Assembly: GCA_951406725.2 (NCBI GenBank)
Contig: OX597824.1
Span: forward strand, 10,478,001-10,542,000
Source of the DNA: Octopus vulgaris
Taxonomy: Eukaryota
Direction of reading: 5' to 3'
Length of the DNA stretch: 64,000 nt
The translations under genes were made by a program, and so were the position numbers. The notes below the pieces were generated by a model. It saw only the letters and a list, made by a program, of their open reading frames with translations, was not told the DNA's origin and did not search any database. Positions 49,895-63,119 of the stretch are shown here, piece after piece (the stretch's first letter is position 1; every line of letters begins with the position of its first letter).

Positions 49895-50211
49895 CATATA
49901 CATATATATATGTATATAGAGTTCAGCAATATACAAGTTCACCATATATCTTGGTCAGTTAGTGGAAGGACTTCACTACCTCATATGTTCTTAAAATTTA
50001 AATCCACATCTTTGTCTGTATATCTACCTTCTCTATAATGTTGCCACTTGATTTGAAATCTTTTGTATTTATGGAAAACCTCTATAATTGGCTGATGGGT
50101 ACTCAGCATCTTAAATCTGTTGTAATACAACATTTAATAAAATGATGTAGTGCAAAACGATTGTACCAAATTACCGGAGTCATTCTTGTTGCTTATTTTG
50201 ATATATATATA

Positions 50212-50282
50212 ACAAATAAGAAAATGGAGAAACACATTAGTTGGTTGAACCAACTAATGTGTTTCTCCATTTTCTTATTTGT
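50212..50282. repeat. Perfect palindrome (35-bp arms, 1-nt loop)
   Basis: ACAAATAAGAAAATGGAGAAACACATTAGTTGGTT-G-AACCAACTAATGTGTTTCTCCATTTTCTTATTTGT. Confidence 0.95.
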
Positions 50283-50741
50283 AATATAAATTAATGGTAA
50301 AATATTTCTTTACCTTCACCCATTTAATACAATAAGTAAATTTATTGCATTGCAATTAAAAACACTTGTGTATTAATAATTTGGATATTATACCAACAGT
50401 ATATTGGATAAGTATTATCCCTTAGTGGGTTGGATCCACAACCCCTAACTTACTTGGTGTTTTATATATATGTTTGTTTGTGTGTGTGTGGGGGGGAGAA
50501 TGTTTGTTTTCTAGCAACGAAGCGGGCACTATGGCAACAAACATGACTAACCACTATAGTTATTGTATATTTATTTATCCAAGCACATAACAGAAACGCA
50601 TGCGAATGGTGACGTGCGCGCCGCACACATTTGTTCTCCAAGCTTTGCGGTTTCAATTATGATTCCTAACCAACGTCTGTAAGTAAATGCGGTTTTTTTT
50701 TCACACTTTATATATGTAAGAGCATCATTTACATATCTGAG

Positions 50742-50970
<229 letters not shown>

Positions 50971-51282
50971 CAAATGCTAGCTGAAGCATATAAACTTTCA
51001 TTTACAAAAAACATCTCGTCTCAAATTTGGTATTGGCGTTATCGTTGTCTTTCGTCTCAAATGCTAGCTGAAGCATATAAACTTTCATTTACAAAAACTT
51101 CGCAAAAACATCTCGTCTCAAATTTGGTCTTTCTTTCTGTCGCTAAATTCTCTAACCCATCTTTTCCCAACTTCCACTCATAGAAACTTATGCACACGAT
51201 CGCAAAGCATTCCATCTCAAATCCTGTCTTTCTTTCTGCCGCCTAAAAATCTCATCTTCTCCCATTGCGCGGTGCGCCCGCC

Positions 51283-51772
51283 CTCCCACCCCCACCACCC
51301 CCACCACCAATACCACCCCCACCACCAATACCACCCCCACCACCAATACCACCCCCACCACCAATACCACCCCCACCACCAATACCACCCCCACCACCAA
51401 TACCACCCCCACCACCAATACCACCCCACCCTCCCACCCCCACCCTCCCACCCCCACCACCAATACCACCCCCACCCACCCTCCACCCCCACCACCAATA
51501 CCACCACCACCCTCCCACCCCAACCCCCAATACCACCCCCACCCCACCACCCCCACCACCAATACCACCACCACCCCCACCACCAATACCACCCCACCAC
51601 CCCCACCACCAATACCACCCCCACCACCAATACCACCCCCACCACCAATACCACCCCCACCACCAATACCACCCCCACCACCAATACCACCCCCACCACC
51701 AATACCACCCCCACCACCAATACCACCCCCCACCAACCAATACCACCCCCCCACCGCCAATACCACCAATAC
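51283..51772. repeat. 18-bp C-rich minisatellite (CCACCACCAATACCACCC)n
   Basis: Read directly. It explains the poly-Pro, Gly and Trp ORFs in the track. Confidence 0.95.
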
Positions 51773-51849
51773 CGGTGAACACTGTTCTCACCATCTACAC
51801 CGGATACTCCCTCCTCCTCCCCCACCACCCCTTCCTACCCCTTCTCCTC

Positions 51850-52517
51850 ATATGCTTTCACTGAGAAAAGACAAGCTGCTAGCGTCTCAGCTCATCAACC
51901 GCCCTCTGATCTTACGCTTCCTCCTGTTTTGAATCTGACACTGCCTCAATTCTACTATCTCCTTCCAGTCCCCTCCATGCCTCGTAATATCCTACGTTTT
52001 TATTTCTTACGAACCTGCACCAACCCTTCCTGCCATCGTTCCTCCTTACCCACCCAACCTTCCCCACACCTACCCATATATATATATACACATCCTACGT
52101 TTATATTTCTTACGAACCTACACCAACCTTTCCTGCCATCGTTCCTCCTCCCCCAACCTTCCCCACTGGTGCTCCCCTATATTACCTGCACCCCTTTACT
52201 ATCTCTCCCTCTCTTTTCACTGGTGAAACCTTTCTCAGCTGGACCCCCCCCCAACTCAACTCTACCCCGCATCCCGTTGCCCCCGTGTCCCTGGCACGTT
52301 AAAAGCTCGAACCGATCGTGACCGATGCCGGACCCCCGGCCCCTGTGCAGGTGGCACGTAAAAGCACCCAATCCACTCACGGAGTGGTTGGCGTTAGGAA
52401 GGGCATCCAGCCGTAGAAACTCTGCCAGAATCAGACTGGAGCCTGGAGCGGCCCCTGGCTTCCCAGACCCCGGTCGAACCGTCCAACCCGTGCTAGCGCG
52501 GAAAACGGACGTTAAAC

Positions 52518-52552
<35 letters not shown>
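51850..52552 (+). mobile_element. RTE 3' region with a pyrimidine-rich UTR and (GAT)n tail
   Basis: YAFTEKRQA resembles the RTE ORF end YAVLEKTRQAK. The family tail spans 52340-52552. The 5' boundary is tentative. Confidence 0.65.
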
Positions 52553-52553
<1 letters not shown>

Positions 52554-52863
52554 CATCGTTTAACGTCCGTTCTCCATGCTAGCATGGGTTGGACGGTTCA
52601 GCTGGGGATCTGGGAAGCCAGAAGGCTGCACCAGGCTCCAGTCTGATCTGGCAGTGTTTCTACAGCCGGATGCCCTTCCTAACACCAACCACTCCGAGGG
52701 TGTAGTGGGTGCTTTTATGTGCCACCTGCACAGGTGCCAGGCGAGGCTGGCAACGGCCACGATCGGATTGGTGCATTTTACATGCCACCGGCACGGAAGC
52801 CAGTCAAGGCGGCGCTGGCATCGGCCACAATTCGGATGGTGCTTTTTATGTGCCACCGGCACG
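52552..52863 (-). mobile_element. RTE 3' tail, tail-to-tail with the preceding copy
   Basis: (GAT)n switches to CATCGTTTAACGTCC. Confidence 0.9.
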
Positions 52864-53672
52864 AAAATTCCACCACCTACCAGAATTTATTTCCAATCTT
52901 CCTTGAAAAACCTGTGTGGCCATAAAGAAATACTATCTTGCTTGGAAACAAGTAAGAATCTGTCTTAATAAACTCTCACTGATCCATGGAAAAATGAGCA
53001 TTAAAACAATGGTGGTGGTAACAGCAGCTGTGGCAGCAGCAGCCGTAGTATTGGTGGTAGCAGCACTGGTGCAGCAGCAGCACTGTTGAAGAGTAGCCAA
53101 TATATCTGACCATATATCAGTGTCAGATACTAATTATACAAGGATTTAGTTTTATCATATTTTATATTTGATATTCTCTTGTTTGGCATATTTTTGATTA
53201 ATATCTGAAGTGAGATAAATTTATCGGGAGTAATTCTTGTGTGTTATTGTGCATTTAATTGGTTTGCCAATTATTTGATGACTACATTTGATGGACAGGA
53301 ATGACTCTAAAGTCAACCAACTTTATTGATGTCATATATCTTGTAGAATTGTTAGAATTGTTGTTTTTGAGCAGCCAGCCCATCCGCTTCGGCACGTACC
53401 CAGTAGAGTGCACGACCTCTATTTACAGCAGCACAGTTTATACAAACATAAGATATCTAGTGTGTCAAATTAGGTCAGATTTTACCACGTGGTTTAATCA
53501 TAACTTCTATTTCTACAAACAAATTTAAACATGTGATTCCTGTTTCTATAATGTTGGAAATATGTTGTATATATTTACTGGTTGCTTTTTGTAAACTATA
53601 AAGATTTATATTAATCAAATCACTTCCAAATTGTAATCTCTCCCTCTAAAATAATCCATTCCCTTGTTTCTT

Positions 53673-53724
<52 letters not shown>

Positions 53725-53784
53725 ATATTAAATTTCTAAATGTCTCAAAGAGACATGAGCGGTGGTGGAGCGATAGAGTGGTTG

Positions 53785-54001
53785 TATACTGTCAACTTAA
53801 CGTGACAGTCCCATATGGGAATTACACCACCGCTGTTTAGCCCTAGGAAGCATCGAACGCTTCCTGTCGACTTTGACACAAAAAAAAAAAAAAGGACACA
53901 GAAAATGTGTCAAAGCCGACAGGAAGCGTTCGATGCTTCCTAGGGCTAAACAGCGGTGGTGTAATTCCCATACAGGACTGTCATGTTAAGTTGACAGTAT
54001 A
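53785..54001. repeat. Fold-back inverted repeat (96-bp arms, 25-nt A-rich spacer)
   Basis: Arms at 53785-53880 and 53906-54001, with 4 mismatches by eye. Confidence 0.9.
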
Positions 54002-54005
54002 AAAC

Positions 54006-54082
<77 letters not shown>

Positions 54083-54083
<1 letters not shown>

Positions 54084-54280
54084 GTTTTGCGTTCTTGTCC
54101 CATTTTGTATTTATCTATATATATATATATATATATATATAAATACAAAATGGGACAAGAACGCAAAACATCCGGACAACTAGGTGATACAAAAAGGGAC
54201 AACAAAACATCCAGATAGATGATACAAAAAAACAAGGATGGGTCATTCGAAGCTTTCTATCCTCAGTCAAGAACCGGATT
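54083..54280 (-). mobile_element. (TA)n-inserted element fragment with an inverted 30-bp copy of its end
   Basis: tgttttgcgttcttgtcccattttgtattt, then (TA)n, then aaatacaaaatgggacaagaacgcaaaaca. A CTGAGGA motif lies on the minus strand near 54265. Confidence 0.55.
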
Positions 54281-54649
54281 ATATATATATATACATACAC
54301 ATATTTCGTACAGTTCTCTAAAATGATTTCTTTCCTGTCTGTTTCTCTCTTGTTCCTAGTTGCAATTGCTACTTACTGCTATTTATCTTACTCCCTTTGG
54401 CCAAAGTCTGCCATCTTCATCCATTTCCGGCTGTCACCTCCACACTCGTTCCCCCCACCCACCTCAGACTTTCGTTAGTTTATTCCCTTCGTTTGGCCGT
54501 TTGATGATATTCGAAAATATACGCAGCTAAGCTAAGAATTTCTCTTGCTTTTAATCACCGCATTCATTCAAACCCATCTATTCTCTAAAATAATTCCCTT
54601 CTTGTTTGTTCTGCCCCTAAAGTGACTAACCTTGTTTCTTGGCTAGATG

Positions 54650-55048
54650 TATTCTTTTATTCTTTTACTTGTTTCAGTCATTTGACTGTGGCCATGCTGG
54701 AGCACCGCCTTTAGTCGAGCAAATCAACCCCAGGACTTATTCTTTTGTAAGGCCAGTACTTATTCTATCGGTCTCTTTTGCCGAACCGCTAAGTAACGGG
54801 GACATAAACACACCAGCATCAGTTGTGAAGCAATGCTAGGGGGACAAACACAGACACACATATACATATATATATACATATATATGACAGGCTTCTTTCA
54901 GTTTCCGTCTACTAAATCCACTCACAAGGCTTTGGTCGGCCTGAGGCTATAGTAGAAGACACTTACCCAAGGTGCCACGCAGTGGGACTGAATCCGGAAC
55001 CATGTGGTTAGTAAACAAGCTACTTACCATACAGCCACTCCTGCGCCT
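54650..55048 (-). mobile_element. SINE family B
   Basis: Family match. Confidence 0.9.
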
Positions 55049-57589
55049 ATTTCGTATTTTTATCTAAAATAATTCTTTCTTATTTGCTCTGCTCCCTAAA
55101 ATGACTATCTCTAGTCCATGGTTGCTCTACCCTTTCCCACCCCCACAACTAGAAATCTCATTTCTCTTACCGGATATCCAGATTTCTGGACCAGCTAGTT
55201 TGTGAAACTGCATTAGTCAAAAATAAAGCAATCATAGCTATTTCTTTATTGTTCATCAGCATTTGATTTGGTTGTTGGCTGCATTGTGTTTCAATGCATT
55301 ATAACCAATGTTTACTCAATAAATGAATAATTATGTGTGAGTGATATTTATTATAATGAGCTTCATCATAACTGTCAGCCAAGCTATTGCAGTAGTTGAT
55401 ATTAGTAGAAACAAATATACTAATTTACTATCACAAAGGAAATTTGAGTGACAGAACTTGCTCTGGTTAGTGTATAAGAAAGCAAAGCTCTGAAGATTAT
55501 TGCTGAGCAAATATTTGTTACGTGTTATTTGGAGATTTTATTATAGTGGAAAGTGGAAAGTAGTCTTTCAGTTAGTATTGAGATTTAATTTAACACTTTG
55601 TTACCACATTTGTTTAGATACACTGCTTTTGTTTCGATTAATTTTGTAAGTAACAAAGAATTTAGTAAAATAACTCGGTATTAAGCTGGTTTTTGGAACA
55701 TGAATTAATATGAAATTTTGATGGAAGCTTTTAATTTTCGAGACGTATATTTGCCATTTAAATATGGCTAACCCCTATGGGTGGATGCTACTGTAGTTTG
55801 TAACCCCAGGAGGACACCTCCTCCAGCTGGCCGTAGACACACTTTCTGTGCCCTATCAGTATTTGCAATTTAATTTTGTTTGCTTTAAAACAGAAAGTTT
55901 GTATCATGGAAAACGGGAATTGTGGAAGTTTCAAGTTGGTTGGTATCAAAAGGTTTAAAGAGCATTAAAAAATCTAACTGTACCAACGGAAAGATCAATA
56001 CTAGCCAATGGGTAGTATTATTTTGATTTATTTATGTATTTGTTTTTACCCACCTCCCCCCGCTACCCACCCATCCAACCAGTAAGTATGGATGACTGTT
56101 CCAAGTTTATTTTCTTATGAATTCAACATCGCCTTCAGTGTACTTGCTGAAGCAATGGTTAAAGGATGAAACTCAGTAAGGTAAATGTACAGTATTGTCC
56201 CATGGTTTCAAGTTCAATTCCACTGCCCGGCACTTTGGGCAAGTATCTTCTACTTTAGCCTCGAGCCAACCAATGCCCTGTGAGTGGATTTGGTAAACAG
56301 AAATCCTGTAGAAGCCTGTTGTGTGTGTGATTGTGTTTGATTAATTCAAAACTATGTGGATAAATAAGTTTTACATTCAACAGAGAAATCTGAATACTAA
56401 ATACTAAAGGGTTAAAGACAAGTAGTTGCTCATGCATAAAAGTTTCTCCTGTCTCCAAACCACTGACATTATCCAAGGGAAAAGGTACCACCTTAGGACC
56501 AATACAGTCTAGCACCAATGTCATCACAGATGTTGCTTTTAGAGCACAATGTTGAAACATACCATTCTAACAGTTCCACTAGTGTATTGCTCTGGATTTC
56601 TTTTTAACCAAATCTGATAAAAAAAAAAAAAAAAACGAAAGGTTAAATTGGATCTTGGCAGGATTTGAACTTAGAATGCAGATACTTAAACCAATACCAA
56701 GATATTTAATTCAACAATTTAACCCATTAGCATTTAAACTGGTCACTTCCAGACCAAATATTTTACCTGTTTTATGTTCAAACCATCCAGATCCAGCCTC
56801 TCACACCTATCCTACAATGTTATTCTAAAAATAAAGAAATCACATCATCTGAATGTGTGTGTGTGTGTGTTTGCACCACTAGCACCACTTGACAAATGGT
56901 GTTGGTTTGTCTGTTCCTTTAACTTAGCAGTCCAACAATAGAGTCTGATAAAATAAGTACCAGGCTTCAAAAAAAAGTAAGTACTGGGAATTGATTTGTT
57001 TGACTAAACCCTTCCAGGGTGTGCCCCAGCATGGCTACAATTCAGTGACTGAAACAAGTAAAAGATAAATGGTTTGACGTGAGGAAATGAAATTGCTTTG
57101 AGAACTTTAGCTTGAGCCAGCTACCTTAATAGCTATGAATTATGGTTTTAGGAAATTGAGATTCAGTAATTATTCAAAGCATATCTTTTGTAAGAACAGA
57201 GTAGCTGACATTTATTAAACCTTTTGTTATCAGCTCTCCCAAGAGACCGCTTCTGATTGTATGGTGCAAAATTGCCTGCTTTAGAATGTTCATTTGAAAT
57301 CAAAGCATTTCATAATTTTATTATATAACAACCTTTTGTTATGTTTGAAATGCCAGCTTAACTTTTTTGTTACCATTATCTCTGCTGAAAGGCAATGCCT
57401 TTGTTCCAATTAATTTTGAAAATAATGAAGAATTTAGTAAAATAGCTTCGTCATTAAAAAGCTAGGGCTTGGGGCATAAATTAACAGGAAATTTTGAAGG
57501 TAGGTTTAATTTAGGTAACTTTAAAAAGGAAACTTGTATCATAGAACAGGGAATAGCTTCAGGAGAGTTGGTATTAAAAGAATTGCTGT

Positions 57590-58137
57590 TGTTTGTTCCT
57601 TCTTGAGTCATGCCTGGCTCATAAGGGCTGGTTTACTGATTTCAATGATATATAGGTTTCCCACCTGGATAGGATGCCAGTCCGTCACAGGTGAGCTGTT
57701 AGATGCAGCAGCAAAGAGCAAGAGAAAGTTGTGGTGAAAGAGTCAGCAGAAGTTCGCCATTACCTTCTGCCAGAGTCGCGTGGAGCTTAGGTGTTTCACT
57801 CATCACCTTGACTGACCAGTCCGTCAGGCGTTTATTTGACACCGCTGGTCACAGCATGCTGTCCACTTCTCTATGGATCGCACCTTTCTCATCCACGTGA
57901 TCCCAATCGCCCTCTTGAAATCGTAACTCCACCGTCGTGGAGGCCTTTCAAGTGGTCGTTTCTGCTGTACTCTTTCGCCCCAACTTTCTCTCACTCTTTC
58001 TTCCTGTTTCTTGGGTAACGCTGTAATGGACTGGCGTCCCATCCACCTGGGGGGGGAACACATATGCCACAGAAACCGGGAAACCGGGCTTATGAGCCTG
58101 GCTAGGCTTCAAAAGGGCGCATAAAAAAAAAAAAAAA
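57590..58137. mobile_element. Cluster of family C SINE pieces in opposite orientations
   Basis: 57590-57803 minus (tail 1), 57805-57955 minus (tail-3-like gtgaccagcg...ctggtcagtca), 57960-58137 plus (body, tail 1, poly-A). Confidence 0.7.
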
Positions 58138-58381
58138 GAATTAGTTATCCATGAAAGACCCAAAATATTTGGATATATGATACTTGATGTACAGCAGGAT
58201 ACAATTAAGGTATTTGATTTTGTATACATTGCAAACAAAAAGCAGGTAAACCATACCTTCTCAAATCAGTTGTACTATATGTAAATTTAAAAAAGGAAGA
58301 AAAATATTTGTAGAATGATAAATATTGAGCTAATTACTTACTATTTTAAGTAATTTATATCTTTTATATTTTTCAATCATT

Positions 58382-58800
58382 AGGCGTAGGAGTGGCTGTG
58401 TGGTAAGTAGCTTGCTTACCAACCACATGGTTCTGGATTCAGTCCCATTGCATGGCACCTTGGGCAAGTGTCTTCAACTATAGCCTCGGGCCAACCAAAG
58501 CCTTGTGAGTGGATTTGGTAGACGGAAAACTGGAAGAAGCCCGTCGTATATATGTATATATATATATGTATGTGTGTGTATGTTAGTGTGTCTGTATTTG
58601 TCTCCCCAACATCGCTTGACAACCAATACTGGTGTGTTTACATCCCCGTAACTTAACGGTTCAGCTAAAGAGACCAATAGAATAAGTACTAGGCTTCCAA
58701 AGAATAAGTCCTGGGGGTCGATTTGCTCGACTAAAGGCGGTGCTCCAGCATGGCCGCAGTCAAATGACTGAAACAAATAAAAGAGAAAAAAAACGAAAAA
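58382..58800 (+). mobile_element. SINE family B
   Basis: Full-length family match. Confidence 0.9.
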
Positions 58801-59042
58801 AAAGAATTAGATTGCAGCCATCCTGGGGCATGACCTTGAAGGGTTTAGTTAAGCAAATTGCCTCATTACCATTTTTAAAGCCAGCAACTTATTGGCTTGT
58901 TGCTGAACTTGTATGTTATGTAAACAACCCCCCCCCCCCCGACAACAGTTGTCAAGCAACTGTGACAACAGTTGTCAAGCAACTGTTGGAGGAACACAAA
59001 GACACAGCTCACCTATATACACACACACATGCACACATATAT

Positions 59043-62000
59043 TTAACCTTTTTCGTTACTGTATTTATTTTGAGATGCTCTGTGTTTTTTTTTTTTCAGT
59101 TACTTTAAATGTAACAAAGAATTTAGTAAAATAACTTAGTTATCATTCAGCTAGTGTTAGGAACATAAATTGTGACTAAGGTTTGGTGGAAGATTTTAAT
59201 TCAAAACTAATGAAAACAAGACATTTGTACTACAGAGCCAGAGGCGGTTTAAGGCGGGTTGGTATCAAAAGGGTTGGTTAAAAATATCATGGTGACTTTA
59301 ACCCTTTCGTTACTGTATTTATTTTGAGATGCTCTGTGTTTCTTTCAATTAATTTAAAATATAACAAAGAATTTAGTAAAATAACTTAGTTATCATTAAG
59401 CTAGTGTTAGGAACATAAATTGTGACTAAGGTTTGGGGGAAGATTTTAATTCAAAACTAATGAAAACAAGACATTTGTACTACAGAGCCAGAGGTGGTTT
59501 AAGGCGGGTTGGTATCAAAAGGGTTGGTTAAAAATATCATGGTGACTTTAACCCTTTAGTTACCATATTTCTGATGAGATGCTCCATGTTTCTTTCAATT
59601 AATTTAAAATTTAACAAAGAATTTAGTAAACTAACTTAGTTACCATTAAGCTAGTGTTAGGAACATAAATTGTGACTAAGATTTGGTGGAAGATTTTAAT
59701 TCAAAACTTATGAAAACAAGACATTTGTACTACAGAGCCAGAGGTGGTTTAAGGCGGGTTGGTATCAAAAGGGTTGGTTAAAAATATCATGGTGACTTTA
59801 ACCCTTTAGCTACCATATTTCTGATGAGATGCTCCATGTTTCTTTCAATTAATTTAAAATTTAACAAAGAATTTAGTAAACTAACTTAGTTACCATTAAG
59901 CTAGTGTTAGGAACATAAATTGTGACTAAGATTTGGTGGAAGATTTTAATTCAAAACTTATGAAAACAAGACATTTGTACTACAGAGCCAGAGGTGGTTT
60001 AAGGCGGGTTGGTATCAAAAGGGTTGGTTAAAAATATCATGGTGACTTTAACCCTTTAGCTACCATATTTCTGATGAGATGCTCCATGTTTCTTTCAATT
60101 AATTTAAAATTTAACAAAGAATTTAGTAAACTAACTTAGTTACCATTAAGCTAGTGTTAGGAACATAAATTGTGACTAAGATTTGGTGGAAGATTTTAAT
60201 TCAAAACTTATGAAAACAAGACATTTGTACTACAGAGCCAGAGGTGGTTTAAGGCGGGTTGGTATCAAAAGGGTTGGTTAAAAATATCATGGTGACTTTA
60301 ACCCTTTAATTACCATATTTCTGATGAGATGCTCCATGTTTCTTTCAATTAATTTAAAATTTAACAAAGAATTTAGTAAACTAACTTAGTTACCATTAAG
60401 CTAGTGTTAGGAACATAAATTGTGACTAAGATTTGGTGGAAGATTTTAATTCAAAACTTATGAAAACAAGACATTTGTACTACAGAGCCAGAGGTGGTTT
60501 AAGGCGGGTTGGTATCAAAAGGGTTGGTTAAAAATATCATGGTGACTTTAACCCTTTAGCTACCATATTTCTGATGAGATGCTCCGCGTTTCTTTCAATT
60601 AATTTAAAATATATCAAAGAATTTAGTAAACTAACTTAATTACCATTAAGCTAGTGTTAGGAACATAAATTGTGACTAAGGTTTGGTGGAAGATTTTAAT
60701 TCAAAACTTATGAAAACCAGACATTTGTACTACAGAGCCAGAGGTGGTTTAAGGCGGGTTGGTATCAAAAGGGTTGGTTAAAAATATCATGGTGACTTTA
60801 ACCCTTTAGCTACCATATTTCTGATGAGATGCTCCGCGTTTCTTTCAATTAATTTAAAATATATCAAAGAATTTAGTAAAATAACTTAGTTATCATTCAG
60901 CTAGTGTTAGGAACATAAATTGTGACTAAGATTTGGTGGAAGATTTTAATTCAAAACTTATGAAAACCAGACATTTGTACTACAGAGCCAGAGGTGGTTT
61001 AAGGCGGGTTGGTATCAAAAGGGTTGGTTAAAAATATCATGGTGACTTTAACCCTTTAGCTACCATATTTCTGATGAGATGCTCCGTTTCTTTCAATTAA
61101 TTTAAAATTTAACAAAGAATTTAGTAAACTAACTTAGTTACCATTAAGCTAGTGTTAGGAACATAAATTGTGACTAAGATTTGGTGGAAGATTTTAATTC
61201 AAAACTAATGAAAACAAGACATTTGTACTACAGAGCCAGAGGTGGTTTAAGGCGGGTTGGTATCAAAAGGGTTGGTTAAAAATATCATGGTGACTTTAAC
61301 CCTTTTGTTACTGTATTTATTTTGAGATGCTCTGTGTTTCTTTCAATTAATTTAAAATATATCAAAGAATTTAGTAAACTAACTTAATTACCATTAAGCT
61401 AGTGTTAGGAACATAAATTGTGACTAAGATTTGGTGGAAGATTTTAATTCAAAACTAATGAAAACAAGACATTTGTACTACAGAGCCAGAGGTGGTTTAA
61501 GGCGGGTTGGTATCAAAAAGGGTTGGTTAAAAATATCATGGTGACTTTAACCCTTTAGCTACCATATTTCTGATGAGATGCTCCGCGTTTCTTTCAATTA
61601 ATTTAAAATATATCAAAGAATTTAGTAAACTAACTTAATTACCATTAAGCTAGTGTTAGGAACATAAATTGTGACTAAGGTTTGGTGGAAGATTTTAATT
61701 CAAAACTTATGAAAACCAGACATTTGTACTACAGAGCCAGAGGTGGTTTAAGGCGGGTTGGTATCAAAAGGGTTGGTTAAAAATATCATGGTGACTTTAA
61801 CCCTTTAGCTACCATATTTCTGATGAGATGCTCCGCGTTTCTTTCAATTAATTTAAAATATATCAAAGAATTTAGTAAAATAACTTAGTTATCATTCAGC
61901 TAGTGTTAGGAACATAAATTGTGACTAAGATTTGGTGGAAGATTTTAATTCAAAACTTATGAAAACCAGACATTTGTACTACAGAGCCAGAGGTGGTTTA

Positions 62001-62442
62001 AGGCGGGTTGGTATCAAAAGGGTTGGTTAAAAATATCATGGTGACTTTAACCCTTTAGCTACCATATTTCTGATGAGATGCTCCGCGTTTCTTTCAATTA
62101 ATTTAAAATTTAACAAAGAATTTAGTAAACTAACTTAGTTACCATTAAGCTAGTGTTAGGAACATAAATTGTGACTAAGATTTGGTGGAAGATTTTAATT
62201 CAAAACTAATGAAAACAAGACATTTGTACTACAGAGCCAGAGGTGGTTTAAGGCGGGTTGGTATCAAAAGGGTTGGTTAAAAATATCATGGTGACTTTAA
62301 CCCTTTCGTTACTGTATTTATTTTGAGATGCTCTGTGTTTCTTTCAATTAATTTAAAATATATCAAAGAATTTAGTAAACTAACTTAATTACCATTAAGC
62401 TAGTGTTAGGAACATAAATTGTGACTAAGGTTTGGTGGAAGA
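59043..62442. repeat. Tandem satellite of a 250-bp unit derived from piggyBac-type MITE family E (13 full units and 1 partial)
   Basis: TTAACC starts at 59043, 59298, 59548, 59798, 60048, 60298, 60548, 60798, 61048, 61296, 61547, 61797, 62047 and 62297. Confidence 0.97.
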
Positions 62443-63119
62443 AACCACGTGGTTGGGAAGCAACTTCTCAACCATTCACTGATGCCTGCACCATTGTTAA
62501 TAATGAGCTTTTAGGACAGAAAAGAATCCTGCATAAAATACTGTGTTAAATATGTGTTAAGAGACAGAGCTAAGAATGACCAATGTAGGCATAATCAATT
62601 CATAGTCACAGAGGAAAATGCTGTGCTGTGTATTGATTATTACACGATTCTGCTTTACTTTGAGAAACACAAGATGTCTCTCTGCTTCTTCCATATTTTC
62701 TTCAACCAGCAGTTAACTATCAGTGCCATCAATTGTCAACACTTTATTTTCTTTTGCATTTAGCTCTGTTACCTTGTATATTTGCTGCTGCTGCTGCAAT
62801 AATAATAATCCTTTCTACTAAAGGCACATGGCTTGAAATCTGGTGGGGAGGGGACTAGCCCCGGTGTTTCACTGGTATTTAATTTATCAACCCAAAAAAG
62901 GATGAAAGGCAAAGTCATCCTCAGCGGAATCAGGACATTAAGATGGACGAAATGCCACTAAATATTTTGCCCAGCATCCTAACAATTCTGCCAGCTTGCT
63001 GCTTTGACAATAAATAATAATATTGATTTTAAATTTTGGCACATGGCCAGAAATTTTGGGGGAAAGTGCTGGTCAATTACATCAACCCCAGTGTTCAACT
63101 GGTACTTATTTAATCAACC

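Noticed and set aside
51188-51864. Long Pro-, Gly-, Trp- or His-rich ORFs (extensin- or cuticle-like)
   Set aside because: They are open in five frames only because the 18-bp minisatellite lacks stop codons.
59570-59600. CTGATGAG in type B satellite units as tandem hammerheads (retrozyme)
   Set aside because: No stem II or GAAA follows, and the homologous MITE position reads CTGTTGAG or TTTTGAG in other copies.
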